From assembly GCA_039096225.1 (NCBI GenBank), contig JBBPEB010000016.1, positions 1 to 33,309 on the forward strand: DNA of 33,309 nucleotides, in the 5' to 3' direction. Positions 10,392 to 19,453 of the stretch are shown here, one piece after another; within the stretch, counting starts at the first letter, position 1, and each line of letters opens with the position of its first letter. The stretch comes from Blastocystis sp. Blastoise. Lineage: Eukaryota; Protista; Bigyra: Opalinata. The position numbers and the translations under genes were made by a program. The notes under the pieces are model-generated. The model saw nothing but the letters and a program-made list of their open reading frames with translations, had not been told where the DNA came from and did not search any database.

Positions 10392-10684
10392 CAAAATATA
10401 TTATTTTATCTTTAACTATTTTTATGATTAGTTTTTTTGGTATAATTTTTAATAGAAAAAGTATAATTATTGTTTTAATTTCTATAGAATTAATTTTATT
10501 AGCTGTTAATATTTTATTTATTGTATTTTCTGTATATTTAGATAATATGGAAGGTTTTATATATTCAATGTTTATTTTAGTTATAGCAGCTTCTGAAACT
10601 TGTATAGGTTTATCTTTATTAGTTAATTACACTATTGAAGTAGGAGATAATAATACAGGTGTATTTAATTTATTATATGCTTAA
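10382..10684 (+). CDS. nad4L: NADH dehydrogenase subunit 4L
   Basis: [12 protein letters not shown] and [11 protein letters not shown]; three hydrophobic segments. Confidence 0.95.
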   Translation: MYLAKYIILSLTIFMISFFGIIFNRKSIIIVLISIELILLAVNILFIVFSVYLDNMEGFIYSMFILVIAASETCIGLSLLVNYTIEVGDNNTGVFNLLYA

Positions 10685-10772
10685 TTTTTAAATTAAATAA
10701 ATTTTAAGATTTTTTATATTATTAATAATTTTAATATAAATTATAATAAATTAATATTTGCTCATTATTAAG

Positions 10773-11297
10773 TTAAAAAGGTAAACCTAAATAACTTAAT
10801 AATAATTTTAAGTTTTTATTTTGACTATCAAATGTTATAGTTAATTTATTACGTTTAATTATATCAAAAAAATCAAAATCATTTTCAAATTCTAAAAAAG
10901 ATCTAAAATTATCAAAACTTATTGTTAAACTAGATTGATTATTTTGCATTGTAAATTTATCTAAACGTTTTACTCTAGGTAAAACAATATAAGATAAATA
11001 ATCTAAAAAATTATACATCATAAAATTACGTAAAGTTAATTTACAACCTAAAATTTTTATATGTTTTGTTTTATTTTCTCTATTTTTTAAAAAAATTAAA
11101 GATGTTTTTTGATTTGAAAGTATTTCTAAAAATATTAAGGTATAAATTATATTTTGATTTGATATATTTTTATTATTAAAATTTATATTTAAACTTATTT
11201 TTGATAATTTAGGTAAATTTGTATAATGAGTTACTAATAATTTTGGATATAAATTATTATTTATATTAGGTGTATATAATTGAATTCTATTTTTCAT
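10773..11297 (-). CDS. rpl5: ribosomal protein L5
   Basis: PKLSKISLN, LEILSNQK and GCKLTLR..MYNFLD; directly follows rpl14. Confidence 0.92.
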   Translation of the reverse strand: MKNRIQLYTPNINNNLYPKLLVTHYTNLPKLSKISLNINFNNKNISNQNIIYTLIFLEILSNQKTSLIFLKNRENKTKHIKILGCKLTLRNFMMYNFLDYLSYIVLPRVKRLDKFTMQNNQSSLTISFDNFRSFLEFENDFDFFDIIKRNKLTITFDSQNKNLKLLLSYLGLPF

Positions 11298-11672
11298 TTA
11301 AATTATGTTTGAGGCTAATAAAAGTATTTTTATATTGGTTTTTCTTAATTCTTTTGTAATAGTACCATAGATTCTTGAACCTTTAGGATTTAAATCATTA
11401 TCTAAAAGTATAACACTATTTTCAAAAAATTCAATTTTTTGACCATTGAATCTAGGTTTATTAGTTTTTGTAGTTAATACTATGGCATTATAAATTTCAC
11501 CTTTTTTTAAATTTGTTTCATTTTTTTTTTTTAAATTTTGTATAGAAACTTTAATATAATCTCCTAAAATAGCAGGTTGATTATTATATTTACTTTTTAA
11601 CACTTTAAAGCACATTACGTCTTTAGCACCACTATTGTCTAGAACTTTTAATATTGTACAATTTTGTATCAT
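11298..11672 (-). CDS. rpl14: ribosomal protein L14
   Basis: MIQ..T.LKVLDNSGAK and PKGSRIYG. Confidence 0.96.
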   Translation of the reverse strand: MIQNCTILKVLDNSGAKDVMCFKVLKSKYNNQPAILGDYIKVSIQNLKKKNETNLKKGEIYNAIVLTTKTNKPRFNGQKIEFFENSVILLDNDLNPKGSRIYGTITKELRKTNIKILLLASNII

Positions 11673-11874
11673 TTTTTTTTTTGAAGATAAAACACAAATA
11701 TCATTTTGTATTTTTATTTATATATCTATTATATTAATTGTTTAATATATTTTTAATTTAATTTTAATTTATTTTTATATTTATTTTTAAATATAAAATT
11801 ATTTCATTAATTGTAAATTCATTTCTTTATAAATTAAAATAGATTAATCCATTTAGCTTTTATCTAAATATTAT

Positions 11875-12471
11875 TTAAAAAATTAAATATTTTGCTTTAT
11901 TTAAAAATAATTGTTTATCTTGAAAAAAATTTAATTTAGTTTTAGTTAAACCTTTTAAAATATGATTAAATATTAAATAAATATATAGAATATTTAGTCT
12001 AAAAGATTTTGTATTAGCTAGAGCATAATATGTTAAATTAGTTAAATTATCTTTAGTATCTACTATACTTATTACAGGTATATTATTATTTACTAAAGAA
12101 ACATTATTATTAAAACAAAAAATTGCATTAGGCATAGTTTTAAAAGTATTTACTAAGTCTAAATTACGAGTATTTTCTGTAAAATATTGATTATAATTTT
12201 CTGCTAATTGTTTAATTAATGTATTTAAATTTGGATTATTTGTACCTATAAAAAGAATTTTACCATTATTACTAATTAAATCTTCAATAAATTGTAATAA
12301 AATATGTAAAGATTTAGTTGTATAATTTAAATTTATAATAGAATTATTATGTAAAGTACCTAAAAGCATATATGTTATAAGTATATTACTTTTTTTTTTA
12401 TTATAACCTAAACTTAAATTTAATAAATTATTATTATTTGTAAGTATTGTTTTTATATATTTATTAGTCAT
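11875..12471 (-). CDS. rps2: ribosomal protein S2 (divergent)
   Basis: IINL..T, GKILFIGT, PNAIF and IPVISIVDT motifs. Confidence 0.85.
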   Translation of the reverse strand: MTNKYIKTILTNNNNLLNLSLGYNKKKSNILITYMLLGTLHNNSIINLNYTTKSLHILLQFIEDLISNNGKILFIGTNNPNLNTLIKQLAENYNQYFTENTRNLDLVNTFKTMPNAIFCFNNNVSLVNNNIPVISIVDTKDNLTNLTYYALANTKSFRLNILYIYLIFNHILKGLTKTKLNFFQDKQLFLNKAKYLIF

Positions 12472-13086
12472 TTATTTTTTTTTAGCTTTTTCTTTTTTTT
12501 TGATTATAATTTCATCATTATATATTATACCATTACCTTTATAAAAATCAGGTTTTTTAAAATTACGTATATTTGAAGCTGTTTTATGTAATAAATTATA
12601 ATCATTACTTATTAACATTAATTCAGTTTCATTTATAGTTTGAATATAAATATTATTAGGTATTATATAATTAATATAATGACTATAGCCTAATCTTAAT
12701 AATAAATTTTTATTATCTTTAATTATATATTTAAAACCTATACCATTTAATTTTAAATTTATACTATAATTATTTATAACACCTTGTATATTTTTATTTA
12801 ATTCTTTTAAATAAATATTTAAACCTTCTTTTTGTACATAATTATTATTTGTATATTGTAAAGGTAATAATGTTATATTTTTTTTATCATATTGTATACT
12901 TTTAGTTAAATGTTTATATAGATTATTATAATTAGTAGTATTAAGAATTAAATTTTTATCTTTAAATTGTATATTAAAAAAATTATTTGTTTTTTTAATA
13001 AGACCTGAAGGTCCAATAAAAATAATATATTTATCAGTTAATACTATTTTTATATTTTTATAATTATTTAGTGTATAAGTTATCAT
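12472..13086 (-). CDS. rpl6: ribosomal protein L6
   Basis: GPSG, L.LNGIGFK, LRLGYSH and KKPDFYKGNGI. Confidence 0.95.
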   Translation of the reverse strand: MITYTLNNYKNIKIVLTDKYIIFIGPSGLIKKTNNFFNIQFKDKNLILNTTNYNNLYKHLTKSIQYDKKNITLLPLQYTNNNYVQKEGLNIYLKELNKNIQGVINNYSINLKLNGIGFKYIIKDNKNLLLRLGYSHYINYIIPNNIYIQTINETELMLISNDYNLLHKTASNIRNFKKPDFYKGNGIIYNDEIIIKKKEKAKKK

Positions 13087-13517
13087 TAGTTTTTATAATT
13101 TTTATAAATTTTACAAATTAAAGCACCACCTATATTCATTTTAATAGCATCATCTATTGTAATAATAGCTATTTTACGATCGTTTAAATTTGATTTTACT
13201 AAAAAATAATCATTAAATATATCAGTAGATCTAATTTGTTTTAATTCAGTTACAGTTGCATATTTTTTTAAACTAGGTTTAGATAATGGTATTATTTTAT
13301 AAAAAGATTTTTTATTAAATTCAAAATTATTAAAAAAAATGGTACATTTATTATTATTTTCAATAAAAAATGAATGTATATAACCTTTTTGTTGAAGTAA
13401 ATAAAGAATATCTAAAACTATATTATTTATTTGATTTAAGGTTATACATTTATAACCTATTTTTGAAGCTTCATTTAAAATATTAAATAAATTATTTGTG
13501 TATTTCATAATTACCAA
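13086..13517 (-). CDS. rps8: ribosomal protein S8 (true start may be the ATG at 13508)
   Basis: ILYLLQQKGYI, SKPS..KY and A.KMNIGGALIC; lies between rps14 and rpl6. Confidence 0.88.
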   Translation of the reverse strand: MVIMKYTNNLFNILNEASKIGYKCITLNQINNIVLDILYLLQQKGYIHSFFIENNNKCTIFFNNFEFNKKSFYKIIPLSKPSLKKYATVTELKQIRSTDIFNDYFLVKSNLNDRKIAIITIDDAIKMNIGGALICKIYKNYKN

Positions 13518-13816
13518 CTTGATCTTTTTAATCCTGGAAGTTTGTTATTAAAAGTATAATCTTTAAATGTTAATCTAGATAAACCATATTTATGTAAAAT
13601 ATATCGAGATCTACCTGTAATTATACATCTATTTTTATTATAAGTTTTATAAGAACTTTTTTTTAATAAATTCATTCTAATAAAAGCATTAGTTACAGTT
13701 GTTTTATTTAAATCATATTTACAAGCACGTAAGACTGAATTTAAAGCTTTTTTTTCAATAAAATTATTTACATAATTAGCTTTTATATAACTATCTTTTA
13801 TTTGTTTATTTTGCAT
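13511..13816 (-). CDS. rps14: ribosomal protein S14
   Basis: NRCIITGRSR...LSRL.F...LPGLKRSSW. Confidence 0.95.
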   Translation of the reverse strand: MQNKQIKDSYIKANYVNNFIEKKALNSVLRACKYDLNKTTVTNAFIRMNLLKKSSYKTYNKNRCIITGRSRYILHKYGLSRLTFKDYTFNNKLPGLKRSSW

Positions 13817-13819
13817 TTA

Positions 13820-13891
13820 TGGAGATAACCGGACTTGAACCGATAAATTGTGAGTGCAGATCACATATTATACCAATTTAATTATACCCCC
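13820..13891 (-). tRNA. trnA: tRNA-Ala(UGC)
   Basis: GGGGGTA/TATCTCC acceptor with G3:U70, anticodon arm TGTGA-TCTGCAC-TCACA. Confidence 0.9.
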
Positions 13892-13897
13892 GTTTAA

Positions 13898-13970
13898 AGA
13901 TTGGAAGTGGAATTGAACCACTATCTGTAGATTTGCAGTCAACTGCATGAACCATTTATGCTATCCAATC
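13898..13970 (-). tRNA. trnC: tRNA-Cys(GCA)
   Basis: Anticodon loop CTGCAAA, U73 discriminator. Confidence 0.93.
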
Positions 13971-13972
13971 GT

Positions 13973-14149
13973 TTAAAAAGAAATATTTTTTATATTTGAA
14001 TTATTTTTAGAACTTTTTGCTTTAGTATTAGCAACTTCATTAACTAGATTTATAATAGATTTATTAAATGTTTTATATAAAAATATATTATAATTGGTAT
14101 TTAATTTATATAATTTTTTAGATATAGTTAAATTTTTTTTTTTTATCAT
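13973..14149 (-). CDS. hypothetical basic protein orf58
   Basis: ATG..TAA ORF (MIKKKNLTISKKLYKLNTNYNIFLYKTFNKSIINLVNEVANTKAKSSKNNSNIKNISF) filling the trnI-trnC spacer almost exactly, co-directional with neighbours. Confidence 0.55.
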   Translation of the reverse strand: MIKKKNLTISKKLYKLNTNYNIFLYKTFNKSIINLVNEVANTKAKSSKNNSNIKNISF

Positions 14150-14156
14150 TTAATTA

Positions 14157-14230
14157 TGAGTCTAAAAGGACTTGAACCTTTAACAGTACGCTTATCAAGC
14201 GTATACTCTAACCAATTGAGTTATAGACTC
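14157..14230 (-). tRNA. trnI: tRNA-Ile(GAU)
   Basis: TACGC-TTGATAA-GCGTA anticodon arm. Confidence 0.96.
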
Positions 14231-14236
14231 TTTTAG

Positions 14237-14309
14237 GGCGCTTAACAGGATTTGAACCCATACTACTTAGTACCACAAACTAAAGTTTTACCATTAAACT
14301 ATAAGCGCC
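14237..14309 (-). tRNA. trnH: tRNA-His(GUG) with encoded G-1
   Basis: TTAGT-TTGTGGT-ACTAA arm, G-1:C73 pair. Confidence 0.94.
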
Positions 14310-14318
14310 TTTTATTTT

Positions 14319-15026
14319 TTATTTATAAAATCTTTTTATAAATTGTAAATAAATATTGTCATAATAAACAATTTTTCTATATCTTTTAATAAATCTTTTT
14401 CTTCTATTAAAAGTTTTATTTAATTTAAAAGCTTTTTGATGTTTAATACAATATTTATTTTGAATTAAGTTATAATTATTTTTATTTAAAAAAATAAAAC
14501 TTAAAGTATTAAAATCTACTTCTAAATTATAAATTGTTTTATAAGTGATATATGTTTTTTTAGATAAATTATATGAAAAATATCTGTATAATTTATTATA
14601 AAAAAAATTCCAATATTTAGGATTAATTTCAATTAAATCATTTTTTTTTAATAAATAACTAGGTTTATTTACTTTAATACCATTTACTAAAATTAAACCT
14701 TTACTTATACAAAATCTAGAAAAAAAAATGCTTCTAGTTATATTTGATTTATATAAATTAAAATCTAAACGTTGTTCTAATAAAGTTGGATTTTGTATTA
14801 TTATATTTTTAAATTGTCTTTCATTTATTTTACCTAAATAATTTTTTAAACATTGTTTATTAAGTAATTTTTTTTTGTAAAAAGTATTTAAACTTAATAA
14901 ACGTATGTTATAAAAAAAATAATATTTTTTAGATGATTTTTTAGTAGTTAAATTAAATTTACTATTTTTCCAATAATTTGTTTTTTTATAACGTGTATAT
15001 AATTTTGATCTTGATTTACGTAACAT
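14319..15026 (-). CDS. rps4: ribosomal protein S4
   Basis: LEQRLD and S4 domain ILVNGIKVNKPSY.LK.ND.IE. Confidence 0.93.
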   Translation of the reverse strand: MLRKSRSKLYTRYKKTNYWKNSKFNLTTKKSSKKYYFFYNIRLLSLNTFYKKKLLNKQCLKNYLGKINERQFKNIIIQNPTLLEQRLDFNLYKSNITRSIFFSRFCISKGLILVNGIKVNKPSYLLKKNDLIEINPKYWNFFYNKLYRYFSYNLSKKTYITYKTIYNLEVDFNTLSFIFLNKNNYNLIQNKYCIKHQKAFKLNKTFNRRKRFIKRYRKIVYYDNIYLQFIKRFYK

Positions 15027-15039
15027 TGTTATTAATTCT

Positions 15040-15369
15040 TTATCTTATTTTACGTGAAGTTTTCGCATTTGAACGTGTTCTTTGACCTCTTGCAGGTAAT
15101 CCTTGTACTAGACGCATACCTGTAAAAGTTTTATTTATTTTTTTGTCATTTTTATTATCTTCAATTAAATAGGTTAAACGATCATCCACGTAATAATTAT
15201 CTTTTATTGTTTTTTTTAAAATTTCTTGTAAAAATTTATTTAAATTTTGATTATTAGCTTTTTTTATATTAATACCATATTTATTACATAAAAAAAGAAT
15301 TTGATTTTGATTAATTCCATAATAATTATTTAATACATTTAATATTTTTAATTCACTAGTTTTTTTCAT
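15040..15369 (-). CDS. rps13: ribosomal protein S13
   Basis: YGI and G.R...GLPARGQRTRSNAKT. Confidence 0.96.
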   Translation of the reverse strand: MKKTSELKILNVLNNYYGINQNQILFLCNKYGINIKKANNQNLNKFLQEILKKTIKDNYYVDDRLTYLIEDNKNDKKINKTFTGMRLVQGLPARGQRTRSNAKTSRKIR

Positions 15370-15457
15370 TAATTTTAAGTTATTATTTAAAATAAAAATG
15401 TTCTTTCAGTAGAAAATCTTAACATAAAGTTAATGATTTTATATTATATTATTTAAA
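15370..15457. promoter_or_regulatory. candidate bidirectional promoter region (rps13 / rpl2 divergent)
   Basis: Non-coding spacer at a strand switch; position only. Confidence 0.3.
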
Positions 15458-16192
15458 ATGAATTTTAAATTTTTAAAAAAAGGATTTGCTAAAACAGGTG
15501 GTCGTAATACTCGTGGTAAAATCACTGTTTATCATAAAGGAGGGGGTAATAAAAAACTATATAGATTTATAGATTTTAAAAAAGATTTTTCACAAGCTAT
15601 TGTAAAAAAATTAGAATATGATCCTAATCGTACAGCCAATATTGCTCTTTTACAAGATCTAAAAACTTTAAAATATTCTTATATAGTAGCTCCTAAAGGT
15701 ATAAAAGTAGGTGATTTAATAACAAATCAATTTAATGTTACCGAATCAATTAATAATATAAATGGTACTTGTATGTATATTAAAGATATACCTTTAGGTG
15801 TATATATACATAATATAGAAATTGTACCAGGTAAAGGTGCTCAATTAGTTAGAAGTGCTGGTTGTTATGCTATGATAATTAAAAAAGAAGAAAATTATGC
15901 TATAATTAAATTAAATAACAAATTTTCTAAAAAAATATCTTTAAAATGTAAAGCTACTTTAGGAATTGTATCAAATAGTGAACATTACTTACAAATTATA
16001 GGAAAAGCTGGAAAATCTAGAGGAATGAATATTAGACCTACAGTAAGAGGTACTGCAATGAATCCTATTGATCATCCACATGGTGGTGGTGAAGGTAAAA
16101 CTTCAGGTGGTAGACCTTCAGTAACTCCATGGGGTATTATAACCAAAGGTAAAAAAACAAGAAAAAATAAATCACATAAATATGAAATATAA
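15458..16192 (+). CDS. rpl2: ribosomal protein L2
   Basis: GGRNTRGKIT, EYDPNRTANIAL and MNPIDHPHGGGEGK. Confidence 0.98.
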   Translation: MNFKFLKKGFAKTGGRNTRGKITVYHKGGGNKKLYRFIDFKKDFSQAIVKKLEYDPNRTANIALLQDLKTLKYSYIVAPKGIKVGDLITNQFNVTESINNINGTCMYIKDIPLGVYIHNIEIVPGKGAQLVRSAGCYAMIIKKEENYAIIKLNNKFSKKISLKCKATLGIVSNSEHYLQIIGKAGKSRGMNIRPTVRGTAMNPIDHPHGGGEGKTSGGRPSVTPWGIITKGKKTRKNKSHKYEI

Positions 16193-16409
16193 AATTAATT
16201 ATATAGATTCAAATTTATTAAATAATAAAAAAACTAAAAAAACATATAGTAGAAGTAGTACTATAATTACTGATTTTTTAAATAACACTTTTTTAATTCA
16301 TAATGGTAAAGAATTTAAAAAATTAAAAATAAAAAGTGAATATTTACAAAATAAATTAGGTGATTATGTATTTACTAGAAAAAAATGTGTTCATAAAGCA
16401 AAAAAATAA
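16182..16409 (+). CDS. rps19: ribosomal protein S19
   Basis: SRSSTI, IHNGKEF and KLGDYVFTRK. Confidence 0.93.
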   Translation: MKYKINYIDSNLLNNKKTKKTYSRSSTIITDFLNNTFLIHNGKEFKKLKIKSEYLQNKLGDYVFTRKKCVHKAKK

Positions 16410-16414
16410 TCTAA

Positions 16415-17392
16415 ATGACAAGTAGAATAAATCAATTAAATTTTCATGTAAATAACAATAGAACTTGGGATTCTAAATGGTATTGTGCTTTAAATTATAA
16501 AAATAACTTAGTTGAAGATTTATATGTAAGAAAAACTATTGAAAATGTTTTTCAATCTTCTCTAAAAAATTCTAATATTATTGTAGATAAATGTATTATT
16601 TATAAATATAATAATAATTATGTAATATATGTTTATTTATTTTTTAATTATAAATTTTTTAAAAAAATAAATATATATGATTTTAATTTAAAAAAAAATA
16701 AAAAACAATATACTAAAAAAGGAAATTCAAAATTATATAAAAATACCAAATTAAATCTTATAAAAAAAAATTTTTATAATTATTATATAAATTCTAAAAA
16801 ATTAGAATGTATTCAAATATTAAATAATATATTATCTGAAAAAGTAAATGTACAATTTTATATAAAAAATATAGGTTTAAATTTTTTACCTAAACAAAAT
16901 GAACATTTAAAATTACATTTACAATTAAAAAATCAAAAAATACTTAGAAAATTTAAAAGAGTAAAATATTATAAAACATTAAATATGTTATTCTTAGCTT
17001 TAGCTTATAGTAAACATTTAAATAATTATTATATAAATGCACAAACTTTAGCTCAATTTATAAAAAATCAATTATTAAATATGAATGAAGGTAAAAAAGA
17101 TTATAAATTTAATTTTTATACTTTATTAAATTTAATTAATACTTTAGGATCATTTTATATAAATTTAGATACTAGTAATTTAAAAGGTATAAAATTACAT
17201 ATAAAAGGACGTTTTTTATTAAATAAAAGAAAACGTATCATTATATTAAATATAGGTACTATACCTTTAAATACAATAAATTATAACATAGATTATAGTC
17301 ATAAACAAATTGTAAAAAGTTCTGGTACTAGTAGTATAAAATTATGGATAAATAATTCAATTAAAAACAATGTTTCAATCAAAAAAAATTAA
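16415..17392 (+). CDS. rps3: ribosomal protein S3 (divergent, expanded)
   Basis: WDSKWY, LKGIKL.IKGR and G.IPLNT....IDY...IKLWI; lies between rps19 and rpl16. Confidence 0.9.
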   Translation: MTSRINQLNFHVNNNRTWDSKWYCALNYKNNLVEDLYVRKTIENVFQSSLKNSNIIVDKCIIYKYNNNYVIYVYLFFNYKFFKKINIYDFNLKKNKKQYTKKGNSKLYKNTKLNLIKKNFYNYYINSKKLECIQILNNILSEKVNVQFYIKNIGLNFLPKQNEHLKLHLQLKNQKILRKFKRVKYYKTLNMLFLALAYSKHLNNYYINAQTLAQFIKNQLLNMNEGKKDYKFNFYTLLNLINTLGSFYINLDTSNLKGIKLHIKGRFLLNKRKRIIILNIGTIPLNTINYNIDYSHKQIVKSSGTSSIKLWINNSIKNNVSIKKN

Positions 17393-17783
17393 ATATAGAA
17401 AAATACAAAAAGGTACTTTAAAAAACATAAATACTCGTGGTTTAATTTTACAAAAAGGCGATTTTGGTATTAAAGCTTTAGATTATACTAGATTAAATGT
17501 ACAACAAATTCAAGCTACATTTAATGTTTTAGTAAAAACTTTAAAAAAAACAGGTATTATTTATGTAAATGTTTGTGCTGATACTCCTATAAGTAAAAAA
17601 CCTAATGGTGTTAGAATGGGTGGTGGTAAAGGTGAAACTGATAAATGGATTTATAAAGTAAGACCTGGAAAAATATTATTTGAAATAAGTAATGTTTCTA
17701 AAGATAAAGCTTATATTGCTTTAAAACAAGCTTCTGCTAAATTACCTATTAAAACAAAAATAGTTTATTTAAAAAAATATTAA
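17370..17783 (+). CDS. rpl16: ribosomal protein L16
   Basis: KYRK.QKG, KP.GVRMGGGKG and KLPIKTK. Confidence 0.97.
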   Translation: MFQSKKIKYRKIQKGTLKNINTRGLILQKGDFGIKALDYTRLNVQQIQATFNVLVKTLKKTGIIYVNVCADTPISKKPNGVRMGGGKGETDKWIYKVRPGKILFEISNVSKDKAYIALKQASAKLPIKTKIVYLKKY

Positions 17784-17789
17784 TTTAAA

Positions 17790-17863
17790 GTCAAAGTGGT
17801 GAAATTGGTATACACGTAAGTTTTAGAAACTTAATTTTAAGAGTTCAAGTCTCTTCTTTGATA
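17790..17863 (+). tRNA. trnL: tRNA-Leu(UAG) lacking the long variable arm
   Basis: GTCAAAG/CTTTGAT acceptor, Leu-type D arm GTGAAATTGGTATACAC, TAAGT-TTTAGAA-ACTTA arm, 5-nt variable loop. Confidence 0.88.
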
Positions 17864-17883
17864 AAGTTGGTCTATCGTAGTTT

Positions 17884-19065
17884 ATGCTTAAAACTACGCA
17901 TTTAAAAAGTTTTACGATTAACTTCGGACCACAACATCCTGCAACTCATGGTGTTCTGCGTTTAGTTTTAGAATTACATGGTGAAATTGTAAGAAAAGCA
18001 GATCCTCATATAGGTTTTTTACATAGAGGTACTGAAAAATTAATAGAACATAAAACTTACTTACAAGCTTTACCTTATTTTGATCGTCTAGATTATATTG
18101 CTATGTTAGCAAATGAACATGGTTATGCTCTAGCTGTTGAAAAATTATTACAATGTAATGTTCCTAAAAGAGCTCAATATATTAGAGTAATTTTTGTAGA
18201 ACTTACTAGAATATTAAATCATTTAATTAGTATAGGTTCACATGCACTTGATATAGGTTCAACTACCGTTATTATATGGTTATTTGAAGAACGTGAAAAA
18301 ATATTTGAATTTTGTGAACGTTTAACTGGTGCAAGAATGCATGCTAATTTTATTAGACCAGGTGGAGTACGCCAAGACTTACCTTTAGGTTTATTAAGTG
18401 ATATATATATGTTTTGTACTACTTTTAGTGCTTCTATAGATGAAGTAGAAGAATTATTAACTAATAGTCGTATATGGAAAGAACGTTTAGTAGATATAGC
18501 TAAAATAACCAAACAAGAAGCTTGTGATTGGGGTTTTAGTGGTGTTATGTTAAGAAGTACTGGTGTTAATTGGGATTTAAGAAAAACTTTTCCTTATGAA
18601 ATTTATAATGAAGTAAATTTTCAAATTCCTGTAGGTACTAATGGTGATAACTATGATAGATATTTAATTAGACTTGAAGAAATGAGACAAAGTGTTTATA
18701 TTATTATGCAATGTATTAATCAAATACCTAATGGTCCTATTAAAGCTGATGATTATAAAATAAGTTTACCTTCAAAATTACAAATGAAAAGATCAATGGA
18801 AAGTTTAATTAGTCATTTTAAACTATTTTCAGAAGGTTTTGTAGTTCCTCAAGGTGAAGTTTATTCTACAATTGAAGCTCCAAAAGGTGAATTTGGTGTA
18901 TATATTGTATCAAATAATACAAACAAACCTTATAGATGCCATATTAAAGCACCTAGTTTCTTACATTTACAAGGTGTTGATTTTATGTCTAAAGGTCATT
19001 TAATTGCAGATATAGTTACTGTTATCGGTACTATAGATATAGACTTTGGTGAAATAGATAAATAA
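17884..19065 (+). CDS. nad7: NADH dehydrogenase subunit 7 (49 kDa)
   Basis: [27 protein letters not shown] and EAPKGE. Confidence 0.98.
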   Translation: MLKTTHLKSFTINFGPQHPATHGVLRLVLELHGEIVRKADPHIGFLHRGTEKLIEHKTYLQALPYFDRLDYIAMLANEHGYALAVEKLLQCNVPKRAQYIRVIFVELTRILNHLISIGSHALDIGSTTVIIWLFEEREKIFEFCERLTGARMHANFIRPGGVRQDLPLGLLSDIYMFCTTFSASIDEVEELLTNSRIWKERLVDIAKITKQEACDWGFSGVMLRSTGVNWDLRKTFPYEIYNEVNFQIPVGTNGDNYDRYLIRLEEMRQSVYIIMQCINQIPNGPIKADDYKISLPSKLQMKRSMESLISHFKLFSEGFVVPQGEVYSTIEAPKGEFGVYIVSNNTNKPYRCHIKAPSFLHLQGVDFMSKGHLIADIVTVIGTIDIDFGEIDK

Positions 19066-19297
19066 TCCGAATACAATGTTCCTATTAAATTTAATCATCT
19101 ATACAATTATCTTTATATTTTATTTATATTAATTTCTTCGTTCTAATTCATAATTAAATATCTAACTTTCCATCTTAACATAAATATTTCTTGGCAAAAT
19201 CAAATATTTATACTAATCTAAATTTCAATAAACATATTGTGAAATTAAATTTTGTAATATTATTTTATCATAATTATATTAAATAACTAAAAAAATC

Positions 19298-19384
19298 ATG
19301 AACTGGCCTGTATTTTTTACTGTAATAGCTATCCTAATAATATTTTTAATTGTATTATATTTTATAGATGAACATTATCTATAA
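19298..19384 (+). CDS. possible single-TM micro-protein orf28
   Basis: MNWPVFFTVIAILIIFLIVLYFIDEHYL*, co-directional with nad7 and orf163. Confidence 0.3.
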   Translation: MNWPVFFTVIAILIIFLIVLYFIDEHYL

Positions 19385-19453
19385 TACAATTAAATAGAGT
19401 TTTAAAATTAAAAAAGAATTCTATTTGTTTTTAAAACAAAATCATAAAAAAAA

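Noticed and set aside
11673-11874. 202-bp spacer between rps2 and rpl14 as a possible rnpB, ssrA or small gene
   Set aside because: No P4 motifs, no tRNA-Ala-like ends and only tiny ORFs on the coding strand; nearly pure A/T
10382-17392. Short gene overlaps (nad1/nad4L, rps14/rps8, rps8/rpl6, rpl2/rps19, rps3/rpl16)
   Set aside because: Ordinary for compact protist mtDNA
18219-18512. 97-aa minus-strand ORF
   Set aside because: Antisense shadow of nad7
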